This document shows, in pieces, positions 1-12,857 of a stretch of DNA of 64,000 nucleotides. This stretch comes from Eledone cirrhosa (taxonomy: Eukaryota). The DNA is taken from assembly GCA_964016885.1 (NCBI GenBank), contig OZ024766.1, forward strand, positions 6,572,001 to 6,636,000, given 5' to 3'. The notes beneath the pieces are model-generated. The model was not told where the DNA came from and did no database searches. It was given only the letters and a program-made list of their open reading frames with translations. Each line of letters begins with the position of its first letter. Positions within the stretch are counted from its first letter, which is position 1. The position numbers and the translations under genes are program-made.

Positions 1-287
1 ACATATTATATTATATATATATATTATATTATATATATTATATATATTATATATATATACATTATTTTTCTCTGCTTCCTGGCTGATTTGAACCTCCAAC
101 CTTCCCGCTAAATTCTCACCAATTTATTTTCTATATTTGATTTTTTTTGCGATGTCCGCTACCACAGCTCTTCCTCTTACTCCCACTCATTCTATCCTCT
201 TACTCCTTCTCTCTCTCTCCCCCCTCTCCTATGTGCAATAGTTGTTGGGGGGGGGGGTTTTGTTGTTTTTGTTTTCGTTTCGTTTTA

Positions 288-328
<41 letters not shown>

Positions 329-651
329 CGAAAATTTAAAAATTTTCAGAAATTTTCAAAAAAAGTTTTAAAAATTAAAACAAAACAATTTAAAATTAAA
401 AAAAATAAAATTTTTAAAAATAAAATTAAAAAAATTTTTTTTAAAAAAGCCAATTTAAAATTAAAAAAGCATTTTTTTTTTTATTTTAAATTTAAAAAAA
501 AAAAATAAAAAAAAAAAAATAACATTTTCTTTAGAAATTTTCAAATTTTAAAAAAATTTTAAAGAAATTTTTAAATTAAAAAAAAAAAATCCTTAATTTT
601 AATTTCATTTGCCTCGCATGGAATTTTATTTAAATATTTTTAGCTTACTAT

Positions 652-1165
652 TACGGATTGGCTGCAGTATCGGCAGCGGGCCAGACGCCATGCTTTGCAG
701 CATGGAGTTACGGCCCTTTACGATCTGAGTTCAAATCCCGCCGAGGTTAACTTTGCCTTTCATCCTTACGGGAGTCGATAAAATAAAGTACCAGTCATGC
801 ACTGGGGTCGATTTACTCGACTTTCCCCTCCCCCAAAATTGCTGGCCTTGTTCCTATATAAGAAACAATTATTAAAGTGGGGGGTGGGGGAAAGTTGATT
901 AAATCAACCCCAGTACATTACTGGTACTTTAATTTATGGACCCTGTATGGATGAAAGGCAAAATTAACCTCGGCGGAATTTTGAACCTCAGATTGTGAAG
1001 TTACAACCCTTTATAGTCTGAGTTCAAAATCCCGCCGAGGTCAACTTTGCCTTTCATCCTTACGGGGTCGATAAAATAAAGTACCAGGTATGTACTGGGG
1101 TCGATTTAATCGACTTTCCACTCCAAGCAAACAAAAATTGCTGGCCTCGTGCCTTAACCGGAAAT
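652..1165. mobile_element. Cluster of three SINE family A copies (+,-,+), tRNA-derived, Meta-domain-like
   Basis: B-box-like gagttcaaatccc plus ctttgcctttcatccttacggggtcgataaaataaagtacc at ~652-872 (+), ~893-1000 (-), ~1005-1165 (+). Confidence 0.8.
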
Positions 1166-3806
1166 ATATTATTTTGGCTGTTATTTTATAATATTTGCTG
1201 TTGATCTCCTCGCCACTGCCCTGGTCTTGTTGCTGCTGCTGTTGTTGTTGTTGTTGTTGTTGGCTGCAGTGTGCAACTTAATGGTGCATCGTATTGTGTC
1301 CTGGTTCGTCCATATATATATGTATGTATATATATATATACACTATATATTTTTAAATGTATATACAAATTATATATACTATATAGTATATATATGTTTT
1401 CTCTTTTGTTCACACTGTTTATTTGATTGCGTTATTGTCTTATATATTTAATGGGTTGTCATATTAACTCGTTTTCATATTTTAATGGTGTTCATGTTTT
1501 TTTAATGACATTAATGTAGTTTTAATGGCTTTGTTATTAACACACGTTCACAGCATTTTAATGACATTCTTATTTAATTCACATTACTGTTGTTTTAATG
1601 GTGTTGTTCTCCTTTTTAATATCTTTTCACAACATTTTAATGGCGTTCCTGTTAATTGTAACTGTGTTGTTGTTACTTTCCGGCGTTTGAAATTATTTTA
1701 ATTGCAGTTGTTTAGTCATTTTAATGGTTTTGTTGGTATTTTAATAACACTTTTGTTTCATTGTCATTTTTTACACATTTTAACATTATTTTAATGGCAT
1801 TGTTTTAATGGAGTTCTGTTGTTTTAATGGTTTCTTTTCGATTAAGTGCACTTTTGTTATCTTAGTATAGCACACTTGGTATAGAATCCACCTATGTTGT
1901 TTAAGTATCATTTCCATATGAATAGTTTCTGTCATTTTAATGACCTTCTACTAATATTTTAATGAGCTTTTGTTGCTATTTTAATAACCATTTACTGATT
2001 TAATGGTGTTACTTTTAACAAGGTTTTCATGGTTAAGGTCAATGTTTCTGTTATTTTGATACCATTTTAATGGTAAAGTTTTCACTGCATCCCATTCACT
2101 TTGATATTGTTTTAATGGCTTTTTTAATGGAGCTATTTCAATATACCAGTTATATTATTAGGGATAGTTGCTACCCCTTAATATTTCTTTAGTAATATTA
2201 ACATCTCTGCTTGCTTGTGAAATCTCTCCGCCCTCCGCCCAATCTTTCCCCTACACCCCACCTCGCAATTCTTCTCCCCTCCCCCCACCCTCCTTCCTTC
2301 CTCCCTCTGCGACCACCACCTCCTTGTCCTGCCACCTTTCACCACCATCCCCACCTCTGCGACCTCCACCTCCGCTACGATTCCCACCTCTCGCCAGTTT
2401 TGTCATTGGTCATAAAGTTATGACTGATCTAAAACTTTCGTCATATCTTATGTCTTAACTTAACAAGGTCAGTCGTTAAGAATGCTGCATTTTAATCCCA
2501 TGCCTTTTCAGTATTATGATTGTTCCTATTGGTCTTGGTCATAAAGTTATGACTCATCTATAACCTTTGTCATAACTTTCATCTTAATTTAACGTCAGTC
2601 ATATCTTGTCTTAATTTTGTAACCAGCCTTTAACAAACTGCATCATAATTTCAAGCATCTTCAGTATGGTCACTATTATTGGTCTTAAAGTTATGACTCA
2701 TCTATAACCTCAGTCATAACTTAATAACTTCAGTCATATCTTATCTTAACCAGCTATTAACAACGCTGTCATAATTTCATGCATTTTCTGTCTCATTGTT
2801 ATTGGTCATAAAGTTATTACTCATCTTTAACTTCAGTCATAGCTTGCGTCTTAATTTAACAACGTCAGTCATATATTGTCTAAATATAATAACCAACTAT
2901 TAACAAGTTGCATCTTCAGTCTTGTCATTATTATTGGTCTTAACTTTATTACTCATCTATGTCTTAATGTCTTGACATAAATAATGTTATGTCTTAGCTT
3001 ATACCTCTTCAGTCTTATCTTCGATCTGACACATCCTGTCATGTCTTGTCTTGTGTTTATGTCATTGTGTTTAAGATTGGTCTTAATTCTTGTCTTCAGT
3101 CATATTTTTAATCTCATCTCAATCCATGACTTTCTTGAGTCTCGTCATAAGTCTTGTCTTACGTATATTCTGTTTGATCTTGTCTTAAGTCTAATCATGT
3201 TCTGTCTTAAATCTGATCTTAAGTTTCGATTTAAATTCATTAAGATCTGTCTTAAGTTTAATCATGACTTTTGTTTTGACATGGTCAGACTTTAGCAATA
3301 TATGATCGGTCTTAAGCTACATGTGATCGGTCTTAAGCTACATGTTAAGGATCGTCATATCGTTCCATTGTAGTGTTGTGAGTGTGTGTATATATGTATA
3401 TATATATACATACATAAATGTATGTATATATATATGTATATGTGTATGTATATATATGTATATATGTATATGTATATATGTATATATGTATGTATATATA
3501 TATATATGTATATATATGTATGTATATATGTGTATGTATATATGTGTATATATGTATGTATATATATATATCTATATGTGTGTATGTGTATGTATATGTA
3601 TATATATGTATATATATATATGTATATATATGTATATATATATATATGTATGTATGTGTATATATATATATATATGTATGTATATATATGTATATATATA
3701 TATGTATGTATGTGTATATATATATATATATGTGAATATATATGTATGTTTGTATATATATATGTGTGTGTCTGAATATGTATCAGTCGATGTAGCTTTT
3801 TGTGCA

Positions 3807-3858
<52 letters not shown>

Positions 3859-3879
3859 ACTCAATGTAGCTTGATTATA

Positions 3880-3924
<45 letters not shown>

Positions 3925-4010
3925 TGTGTGTGTGTGTATACATCAGTCTACGTAGCTTCACAGGTGTGTTCGTTTTATTTTTCAATTTAAAATATCTCTT
4001 TCTCTCTCCA

Positions 4011-4041
<31 letters not shown>

Positions 4042-4353
4042 TCTCCATCTCTCTCTCACTTTCTCCATCTCTCTCTCTCTATCTCTCTCTCTCTACCCTG
4101 TCTCTCATTCTCTATCTATTAACCACCCCCCTCTCTCTCTTTCTCATATATATATATGTAATCTCTCTCTCTCTCAATCTTTCTCACTCTCTCTCTCAAT
4201 CTCTCTCTCAATCTTTCTCACTCTCTCTCTCAATCTCTCTCAATCTCTCTCTCTCTCTCAATCTCTCTCTCTCTCTCAATCTCTCTCTCTCTCTCTCAAT
4301 CTCTCTCTCTCTCTCAATCTCTCTCTCTCTCTCTCTCAATCTCTCTCTCTCAA

Positions 4354-4385
<32 letters not shown>

Positions 4386-4471
4386 TCTCTCTCTCACTCT
4401 CTCTCTTACTCTCACTCTCTCTCTCTCACTCTCTCTCTCTCTCTCTCGCTCTCGCTCTCTCTCTCGCTCTT

Positions 4472-4529
<58 letters not shown>

Positions 4530-4611
4530 TCTCTCTCTCTCTTCATCACATTGTCTCTCTTTCTCTCTTGTCATTGGTTGATGATGATGCTGTTACCATT
4601 ATTATTATTAT

Positions 4612-4953
4612 TTGGATTGGCAGAATCGGTAGAGAGTCAGACACCATGTTTTGCAGCATAGAGTTATGGCCCTTTATGGTCCGAGTTCAAATCCCGCCGA
4701 GATTAACTTTGCCTTTCATCCTTACGTGGTTGATAAAATAAAGTACCAGTAATACACTGGGGTAATTGCTGGCCTTGTGCCAAAAGTAGAAACAATTGTT
4801 ACAGGGTTGATAAAATAAAGTACCAGTAATACACTGGGGTAATTTGCTGGCCTTGTGCCTAAAGTAGAAACAATTATTACGGGGTCGATAAAATAAAGTA
4901 CCAGTAATACACTGGGGTAATTGCTGGCCTTGTGCCTAAAGTACAAATCATTA
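4612..4953 (+). mobile_element. SINE family A with 3' module repeated about three times
   Basis: Same head and core as 652-872; tail gataaaataaagtaccagtaatacactgggg...gtagaaacaatt repeated at ~72 bp. Confidence 0.8.
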
Positions 4954-5152
4954 TTTGGATCGGCAGCAGCCAGTGCTGTGATCTCTCAATTCAGAGATTC
5001 TTTTCTGAGACATTCTACCCACATGTCCTTAGTATCAGAGCTGTGACCTGGGGCCAGGGAGATCCATATTTGTCGTCAATATCCGAGCGTCACACATCTG
5101 AATCTGACATGCGATTGCAAAAGTTTGTAGCCATCATATATATATATATATA

Positions 5153-5767
5153 CTAGCAGTGTTACCCGGCGTTGCACGGGATAAGGTATTTTGGAATGTG
5201 GGCCGCCAACAGACCTAATCGTGGCAAAACTGCATGCCTGACAATATGTAAAGAAAATAAACCGAATACTCTGATGGCTGGATAATCTAAGATTTTCCTC
5301 GATGAAGCAGGAAAAATGCAGGTTTTCACCTAATGCGGGCCCTAGGGGATCAAGAAAATGAATTTTTTTTATGTGCATAATATGCCTTGAAATTTCGGTA
5401 AAATCAGCTAGACGTAACTCCTCAAAAGAGCCCTAAGAGGCTGAAAAAATGAAGTTTTTTACCTAATGCGAGCCATAGGCCATAAAAAATTTGGATTTTC
5501 TTTGCTCGCAGTATGAAGAAGAGACTGACTAATACATAGTTACAATTTCAAGGAAATCGGTCTGACGTAACACCTCAAAAAAAACCCCTAAAAAGCTGAA
5601 AAAACGCAGTTTTTCACCTAATGCAGGCCCTAGGAGATCAAAAAGTTGAATTCCCTGAAACATAAGTAATACACATGTAAAGTTGGAAAAAATCGGTTGG
5701 GTACTTCTCGAGTTTTAGGGATTCAAACTCACAAACAGACAGACATCCTCAGTGTTATATATATAGA
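5153..5767 (-). mobile_element. Complete non-autonomous Helitron
   Basis: Minus strand starts TC (TCTATATATATAACAC...GTCTGTCTG), ends with hairpin CCCGTGCAACGCCGGG then CTAG; flanked by A and T, no TSD. Confidence 0.8.
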
Positions 5768-5890
5768 TATATCATCATCATCATTATGTATATTTTTGTT
5801 GTTTAAATGCCAATGTCCGTTCTCTTATTTTTAACAAAAAAATTTGGTACGCAAGTAAGTGTTTCTTCCATAAACTTGAAAATTCTAATT

Positions 5891-5933
<43 letters not shown>

Positions 5934-6469
5934 TATATATGTATATATTATATATTTATATATAATATATGTCATATATATATATTATATATTTATATAT
6001 TATATATGTATATATTTTATATATGTATATTATATATACATATATATATTATATATATATTTTATATATATATATATTATATATATATATTTTATATATA
6101 TATATATATTATATTATATATATTTATATATACTATATATTGATATATATTATATATAATATATATATTATATATATGTACATAAAATATATATATTATA
6201 TATATGTACATTATATATATATATAAAAAATATAATATATATATTATATATATGTACATAATATATATATATATAATATATATATATGTATATATTATAT
6301 AATATATATATATTAGTACATAAGTTATTCAGAATCCTTAATTTAAAATGAACTTGTATGTATAACAATATTTTGTCTATAACTTACATAATGATATATA
6401 TATTATACATATATATATAATATATATATGTTTATATATATATATCTGTTATTTTAATAAATATATGTG

Positions 6470-6518
<49 letters not shown>

Positions 6519-6750
6519 CTTGTTTTAATACGCAAGATACAAAGTCTCTTTATATAAATCTTGTTTTATGATTAAATTTGGAAGTGGGTAGGATTTGTGG
6601 TCAGTGTGTTCAGCTTGGTAAGGTGAGGTTTTGAGTTCAATTCTTGGCCTGCGTGCTCTATTTTTTTTTTGTAAGAGACGCTTTATTTCACATTGGGATG
6701 TCACTGACATCAAGCTGTAATCAGCCATTGCCTTTGACTTGGGCAATACC

Positions 6751-7198
6751 ATATATAGAGTATGTAGTCTATATATAGAGTATGTAGTCTATATATAGAG
6801 TATGTAGTCTATAGAGTATGTAGTCTATATATAGAGTATGTAGTCTATATATAGAGTATGTAGTCTATATATAGAGTATGTAGTCTATATATAGAGTATG
6901 TAGTCTATATATAGAGTATGTAGTCTATATATAGAGTATGTAGTCTATATATAGAGTATGTAGTCTATATATAGAGTATGTAGTCTATATATAGAGTGTG
7001 TAGTCTATATATAGAGTATGTAGTCTATATATAGAGTATGTAGTCTATATATAGAGTATGTAGTCTATATATAGAGTATGTAGTCTATATATAGAGTATG
7101 TAGTCTATATATAGAGTATGTAGTCTATATATAGAGTATGTAGTCTATATATAGAGTATGTAGTCTATATATAGAGTATGTAGTCTATATATAGAGTA
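6751..7198. repeat. 20-bp minisatellite (atatatagagtatgtagtct), ~22 copies
   Basis: Near-perfect tandem array read directly. Confidence 0.95.
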
Positions 7199-7274
7199 TA
7201 TTTATGAATTCATATAGTGTATTTATAGTGTATATATGGTGTATGCATATAGTTTTTATTGTGTATATATGGAG

Positions 7275-7305
<31 letters not shown>

Positions 7306-7460
7306 ATATATATAGAGAGAGGGAGTGTGTATTTATAGAGTATATATATTATTTATATAATGTATACATTGTGTATATATGATGTATATAGAGTCTATAT
7401 AATGGATATATATGGTGTATATATATATAGCGCAAATAGAGTGTATTTATTATGTATATG

Positions 7461-7502
<42 letters not shown>

Positions 7503-7573
7503 TATATAGTGTATTGATAATGTATATATAGTATATATATTGTTTATTTAATGTATATAAAGTGTAAACACAT

Positions 7574-7608
<35 letters not shown>

Positions 7609-7821
7609 ATGATGTATGTATAACATTGATATATATTGCTTGTATATATGATTCTGATATATAATGTTGCTATTTATAATGTCATATATACAACATTGCC
7701 ATGTATGTATAATGCTGTTATCTATAATGTTTCTTTAAATAATGTTAATATATATTGATGTATATAATGCCACTAAATGTATGTATTTTTGGTATGTATA
7801 ATGTTGATATATTCATGTATA

Positions 7822-7870
<49 letters not shown>

Positions 7871-8363
7871 ATGTATATTTATTTGTATACATACATATAT
7901 ATATATAATATATATATATATATAACTTTGATAGGTTTTGGTCAGTATATATATATTAATATAACATATATATATATATACATGTATATATATATATATA
8001 TGTACATATGTACATATATATATATATATATGTACATAAATATATATATATTTGTATATATTATATTATGTATATGTATATATATTATATAACATGTATA
8101 TATTATATATATATATGTATATATATTATATATATATATGTATATATTATATATATATGTATATATATATAACATATATATATGTATATATTATATATCT
8201 GTATATATTATATATATATATATATATTATATATATATATATATGTATATATTATATAACATATATATATGTATATATTATATATATATATATATGTATA
8301 TATTATATAACATATATATATGTATATATTATATATACATATATATATACATATTATATAACA

Positions 8364-8395
<32 letters not shown>

Positions 8396-8536
8396 TATAT
8401 AATATATATATATATGATACACTATATAAATGGAAACTAACTCTTTTTCTCTTCTCCTTTTCTTTATTTTTTCTGTTTCGTTCTTGTCTCTTGTTGTTGT
8501 TGTTGTTGTTGTGGCCCCTAACCCCTACTTCAACAG

Positions 8537-8616
8537 ATGAAATACACCTCAAGGGGACTTTCAATGATGGACAGAAGCACAAGGTCACATACAATAGATC
8601 CTCTACTCATATATGG
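8537..8616 (+). CDS. Neurexin-superfamily (Caspr/Nrx-IV/axotactin-like) gene, internal exon A, laminin-G (LNS) domain
   Basis: caacag|AT GAA ATA...ATA TGG|gtaagt; reads (D)EIHLKGTFNDGQKHKVTYNRSSTHIW, with the LNS NDGxxHxV motif; phase 1 to 0. Upstream exons not found in the window. Confidence 0.85.
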
Positions 8617-8732
8617 GTAAGTAGGTTTCGGTACCTGTTACGTAATTGGGTCCATTTCGACAACTCCTTCGCTACCTTCTCTGAAAAAGAAAAAGAAAAA
8701 AAATCCCTCTAAACTCTTTGGGTGTATATATG

Positions 8733-8764
<32 letters not shown>

Positions 8765-8775
8765 TATAAACTTGC

Positions 8776-9491
8776 CAGAGTGTACTGGGTGTATTCTATC
8801 ATGACACCAACACTACCACTTTACAGAGTGTACTGGGTGTATTTTACCATGACACCAACACTACCGCTTTACAGAGTGTACTGGTGTAGGGTGTATTTTA
8901 CCATGACACCAACACTACCGCTTTACAGAGTGTACTGGGTGTATTTTACCATGACACCAACACTACTGCTTTACAGAGTGTACTGGGTGTATTTTACCAT
9001 GACACCAACACTACCGCTTTACAGAGTGTACTGGGTGTATTTTACCATGACACCAACACTACCGCTTTACAGAGTGTACTGGGTGTATTTTACCATGACA
9101 CCAACACTACCGCTTTACAGAGTGTACTGGGTGTATTTTACCATGACACCAACACTACCGCTTTACAGAGTGTACTGGGTGTATTTTACCATGACACCAA
9201 CACTACCGCTTTACAGAGTGTACTGGGTGTATTTTACCATGACACCAACACTACCGCTTTACAGAGTGTACTGGGTGTATTTTATCATGACACCAACACT
9301 ACCGCTTTACAGAGTGTACTGGGTATATTTTACCATGACACCAACACTACCGCTTTACAGAGTGTACTGGGTGTATTTTACCATGACACCAGCACTACCG
9401 CTTTACAGAGTGTACTGGGTATATTTTACCATGACACCAACACTACCGCTTTACAGAGTGTACTGGGTGTATTTTATCATGACACCAACAC
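8776..9491. repeat. 48-bp minisatellite, ~15 copies, derived from a SINE internal module
   Basis: Unit cagagtgtactgggtgtattttaccatgacaccaacactaccgcttta; reverse-complement relative at 30476-30780 runs into the SINE tail aagggcatccagctgtagaaa. Confidence 0.9.
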
Positions 9492-10389
9492 TGCTAGGGG
9501 TACAAATGCTAGGGGTACAAATGCCAGGGGTACAAATTCCAGCGGTACAAATGCTAGGGGTACAAATGCTAGGGGTACAAATGCTAGGGGTACAAATGCC
9601 AGGGGAACAAATGCTAGGGGTACAAATGCCAGGGGTACAAATGGCAGGGATATAAATGCTTAGGGTACAAATCACAGGGGTACAAATGGCAGGGGTACAA
9701 ATGCCAGGGGTACAAATAATAGAGATACAAATGCTAGGGGTACAAATGCTAGGGGTACAAATGCCAGGGGTACAAATGGCAGGGGTACAAATGCCAGGGG
9801 TACAAATAATAGAGGTACAAATGCTAGGGGTACAAATGGCAGGGATACAAATGGCAGGGGTACAAATGGCAGGGATATAAATGCTAAGGGTACAAATGCC
9901 AGGGGTACAAATGCTAGGGGTACAAATGGCAGGGGTACAAATGCCAGGGGTACAAATGCCAGGGGTACAAATGCCAGGGGTACAAATAATAGAGGTACAA
10001 ATGCTAGGGGTACAAACGGCAGGGATACAAATGGCAGGGGTACAAATGCCAGGGGTACAAATGGCAGGGATACAAATGGCAGGGATACAAATGCCAGGGG
10101 TACAAATGCTAGGGGTACAAATGCCAGGGGTACAAATGCCAGGGGTACAAATAATAGAGGTACAAATGCTAGGGGTACAAACGGCAGGGATACAAATGGC
10201 AGGGATACAAATGCCAGGGGTACAAATGCCAGGGGTACAAATGGCAGGGATACAAATGCCAGGGGTACAAATGCTAGGGGTACAAATGCCAGGGGTACAA
10301 ATGGCAGGGGTATAAATGCTAGGGGTACAAATAATAGAGATACAAATGCTAGGGGTACAAATGCCAGGGGTACAAACGGCAGGGGTACA
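9492..10389. repeat. 15-bp minisatellite (aggggtacaaatgcY and variants), ~60 copies
   Basis: Direct reading; abuts the 48-bp array with no spacer. Confidence 0.95.
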
Positions 10390-10435
10390 CTGTATTAGTA
10401 GAATATTGTTCTTATTGTTGTTGCTGTATCTTCAG

Positions 10436-10580
10436 TTGCAGGTTGATAACCAAACTCGGGAGAGTCGCTACCCTCAGCACCCCATGGACTCTATCAACCA
10501 CATTCGGGTGGGGTCACCAAAACAGAGCTTTATTGAGGAAGAGGGTGACACCTATAAAAGTTTCTCTGGCAAAATCTACA
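10436..10580 (+). CDS. Same gene, exon B (LNS domain)
   Basis: ttcag|TTG CAG GTT GAT (alternative in-frame acceptor at 10442)...ATC TAC A|gtgagt; LQVDNQTRESRYPQHPMDSINHIRVGSPKQSFIEEEGDTYKSFSGKIY; LQVD and FxG are typical LNS motifs. Confidence 0.85.
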
Positions 10581-10609
10581 GTGAGTATGGTTATCTCCCC
10601 TTTGATTTG

Positions 10610-11554
10610 GTTGTTGCTGTTGTTGTTGTCACTGTTGTTTGTTAGTGTTGTTGTTGTCACTGTTGTTGTTGTTACTGTTGTTGTTGTTACTGTTGTTGTT
10701 GTTACTGTTGTTGTTACTGTTGTTGTTGTTACTATTGTTGCTGTTGTTGTTGTCACTGTTGTTGTTGTTGTTACTGTAGTTGTTGTTAGTGTTGTTGTTA
10801 CTGTTGTTGTTGTCACTGTTGTTGTTAGTGTTGTTGTTACTGTTGTTGTTACTGTTGTTGTTGTCACTGTTGTTGTTACTGTTGTTGTTGTTACTATTGT
10901 TGTTGTTGTTGTTGTCACTGTTGTTGTTGTTGTTACTGTTGTTGTTGTTACTGTTGTTGTTACTGTTGTTGTTGTCACTGTTGTTGTTGTTGTTGTTGTC
11001 ACTGTTGTTGTTGTTGTCACTGTTGTTGTTGTTGTCACTGTTGTTGTTGTTAGTGTTGTTGTTACTGTTGTTGTTAGTGTTGTTGTTACTGTTGTTGTTA
11101 CTGTTGTTGTTGTCACTGTTGTTGTTGTTGTTGTTGTCACTGTTGTTGTTGTTGTCACTGTTGTTGTTGTTACTGTTGTTGTTAGTGTTGTTGTTACTGT
11201 TGTTGTTGTTAGTGTTGTTGTTGTTGTTGTCACTGTTGTTGTTGTTAGTGTTGTTGTTGTTGTTGTCACTGTTGTTGTTACTGTTGTTGTTGTTAGTGTT
11301 GTTGTCACTGTTGTTGTTGTTACTGTTGTTGTTGTTAGTGTTGTTGTTACTGTTGTCCTTCTGTCAGTTTCAACTGGGGCTTACAAGAATTTAATGGGTG
11401 TGCAAGGGCTTTCTTGTTTGGGATAAGCTGTCACTCTGTCTGTCTGTCTCTCTCTCTGTCTGTCTCTCTGTCTCTCTCTCTGTCTCTCTCTCTGTCTCTC
11501 TGTCTGTCTGTCTCTCTCTCTGTCTGTCTCTCTCTCTGTCTGTCTCTCTGTCTC

Positions 11555-11585
<31 letters not shown>

Positions 11586-11638
11586 GTCTGTCTCTCTGTC
11601 TGTCTGTCTCTCTCTCTCTCTGTCTCTCTGTCTGTCTC

Positions 11639-11677
<39 letters not shown>

Positions 11678-11682
11678 GTCTC

Positions 11683-11713
<31 letters not shown>

Positions 11714-11718
11714 GTCTG

Positions 11719-11749
<31 letters not shown>

Positions 11750-11794
11750 GTCTCTCTCTCTGTCTCTCTGTCTCTCTCTCTCTCTGTCTCTCTG

Positions 11795-11826
<32 letters not shown>

Positions 11827-11850
11827 TCTGTCTCTCTATCTGTCTCTCTC

Positions 11851-11885
<35 letters not shown>

Positions 11886-11900
11886 GTCTCTCTGTCCTCT
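10610..11900. repeat. Interrupted (GTT)n tract followed by (TC)n/(TCTG)n tract
   Basis: Simple repeats filling the intron between exons B and C. Confidence 0.95.
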
Positions 11901-12005
11901 CACCAGATGTATAAATGGTTTTTCATTTCCTTTCTCTCTTTTTTCTCCACCCCCCCCTCTCTCTTTTCTCTCCCTCTCTCTCCTTTATTTATCCATGTAT
12001 TTATT

Positions 12006-12037
<32 letters not shown>

Positions 12038-12059
12038 CTCACCCCTCCACCACCACCAG

Positions 12060-12247
12060 ATGTGATCTACAACCCACTGAGAGCCGCCATCCTTCCCCTA
12101 AAGGCCTACTTTGACCAGAGGCATTCCAAAGATGTCCGAATAGTCAACGGAGTGCTCCACAACTGCAGTATGTCCGACTACGTCCCACCCACATTCACAG
12201 CTCTGCGCGAGACCACCGTTACCACGACAACGTTCCTGCCACAAAGG
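12060..12247 (+). CDS. Same gene, exon C (end of LNS domain, start of Thr-rich stalk)
   Basis: ccag|AT GTG ATC TAC...CAA AGG|gtaacg; (N)[66 protein letters not shown]...NC recalls the end of the last LNS domain in Caspr proteins. Confidence 0.85.
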
Positions 12248-12471
12248 GTAACGCATTTCTCACGTTATACGCATTTTTGTGGGTCTGGTTGTGTATGTAT
12301 ATATATATGTATATATATATGTATATGTATATATATGTATGTGTGTGTATATATGTATATATATATATGTATATATATATGTGTATATATATATGTGTAT
12401 ATATATATGTGTGTATATATATATATATATGTGTATATATATATGTATATATATATGTGTATATATATGTG

Positions 12472-12545
<74 letters not shown>

Positions 12546-12554
12546 TATATATAT

Positions 12555-12622
<68 letters not shown>

Positions 12623-12648
12623 CTCCCTCTGTCTCTCTCTCATTCCAG

Positions 12649-12838
12649 ACGATGACAATGCCTCCCTGGAACAACTTGGGTGTCGATGTGTTTTACATGA
12701 AGACGCTCTCCCCACCGATCACCACTCCAACCACCACCATCACCACCACGCCAGCCCCCACCACCACGCCCATTGCTACCACGACGGCAAACCGGACCAA
12801 ATTGTACATCCCTGCTATGGTCGATGACATGACCATTG
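12649..12838 (+). CDS. Same gene, exon D (Thr/Pro-rich juxtamembrane stalk)
   Basis: cattccag|ACG ATG...ATT G|gtaagt; [63 protein letters not shown]; phase 0 to 1. Confidence 0.85.
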
Positions 12839-12857
12839 GTAAGTATTAAATAAAGTG

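Noticed and set aside
248-610. A/T homopolymer-rich stretch
   Set aside because: Looks like low-quality long-read consensus or plain low complexity; no interpretable structure.
4960-5135. Unique island as a possible upstream exon
   Set aside because: No frame gives LNS-like sequence with a suitable phase-1 donor; may be a decayed retroelement piece.
9492-10389. Elastin-like GVQMP pentapeptide ORFs
   Set aside because: 15-bp intronic minisatellite interrupted by in-frame TAA codons.
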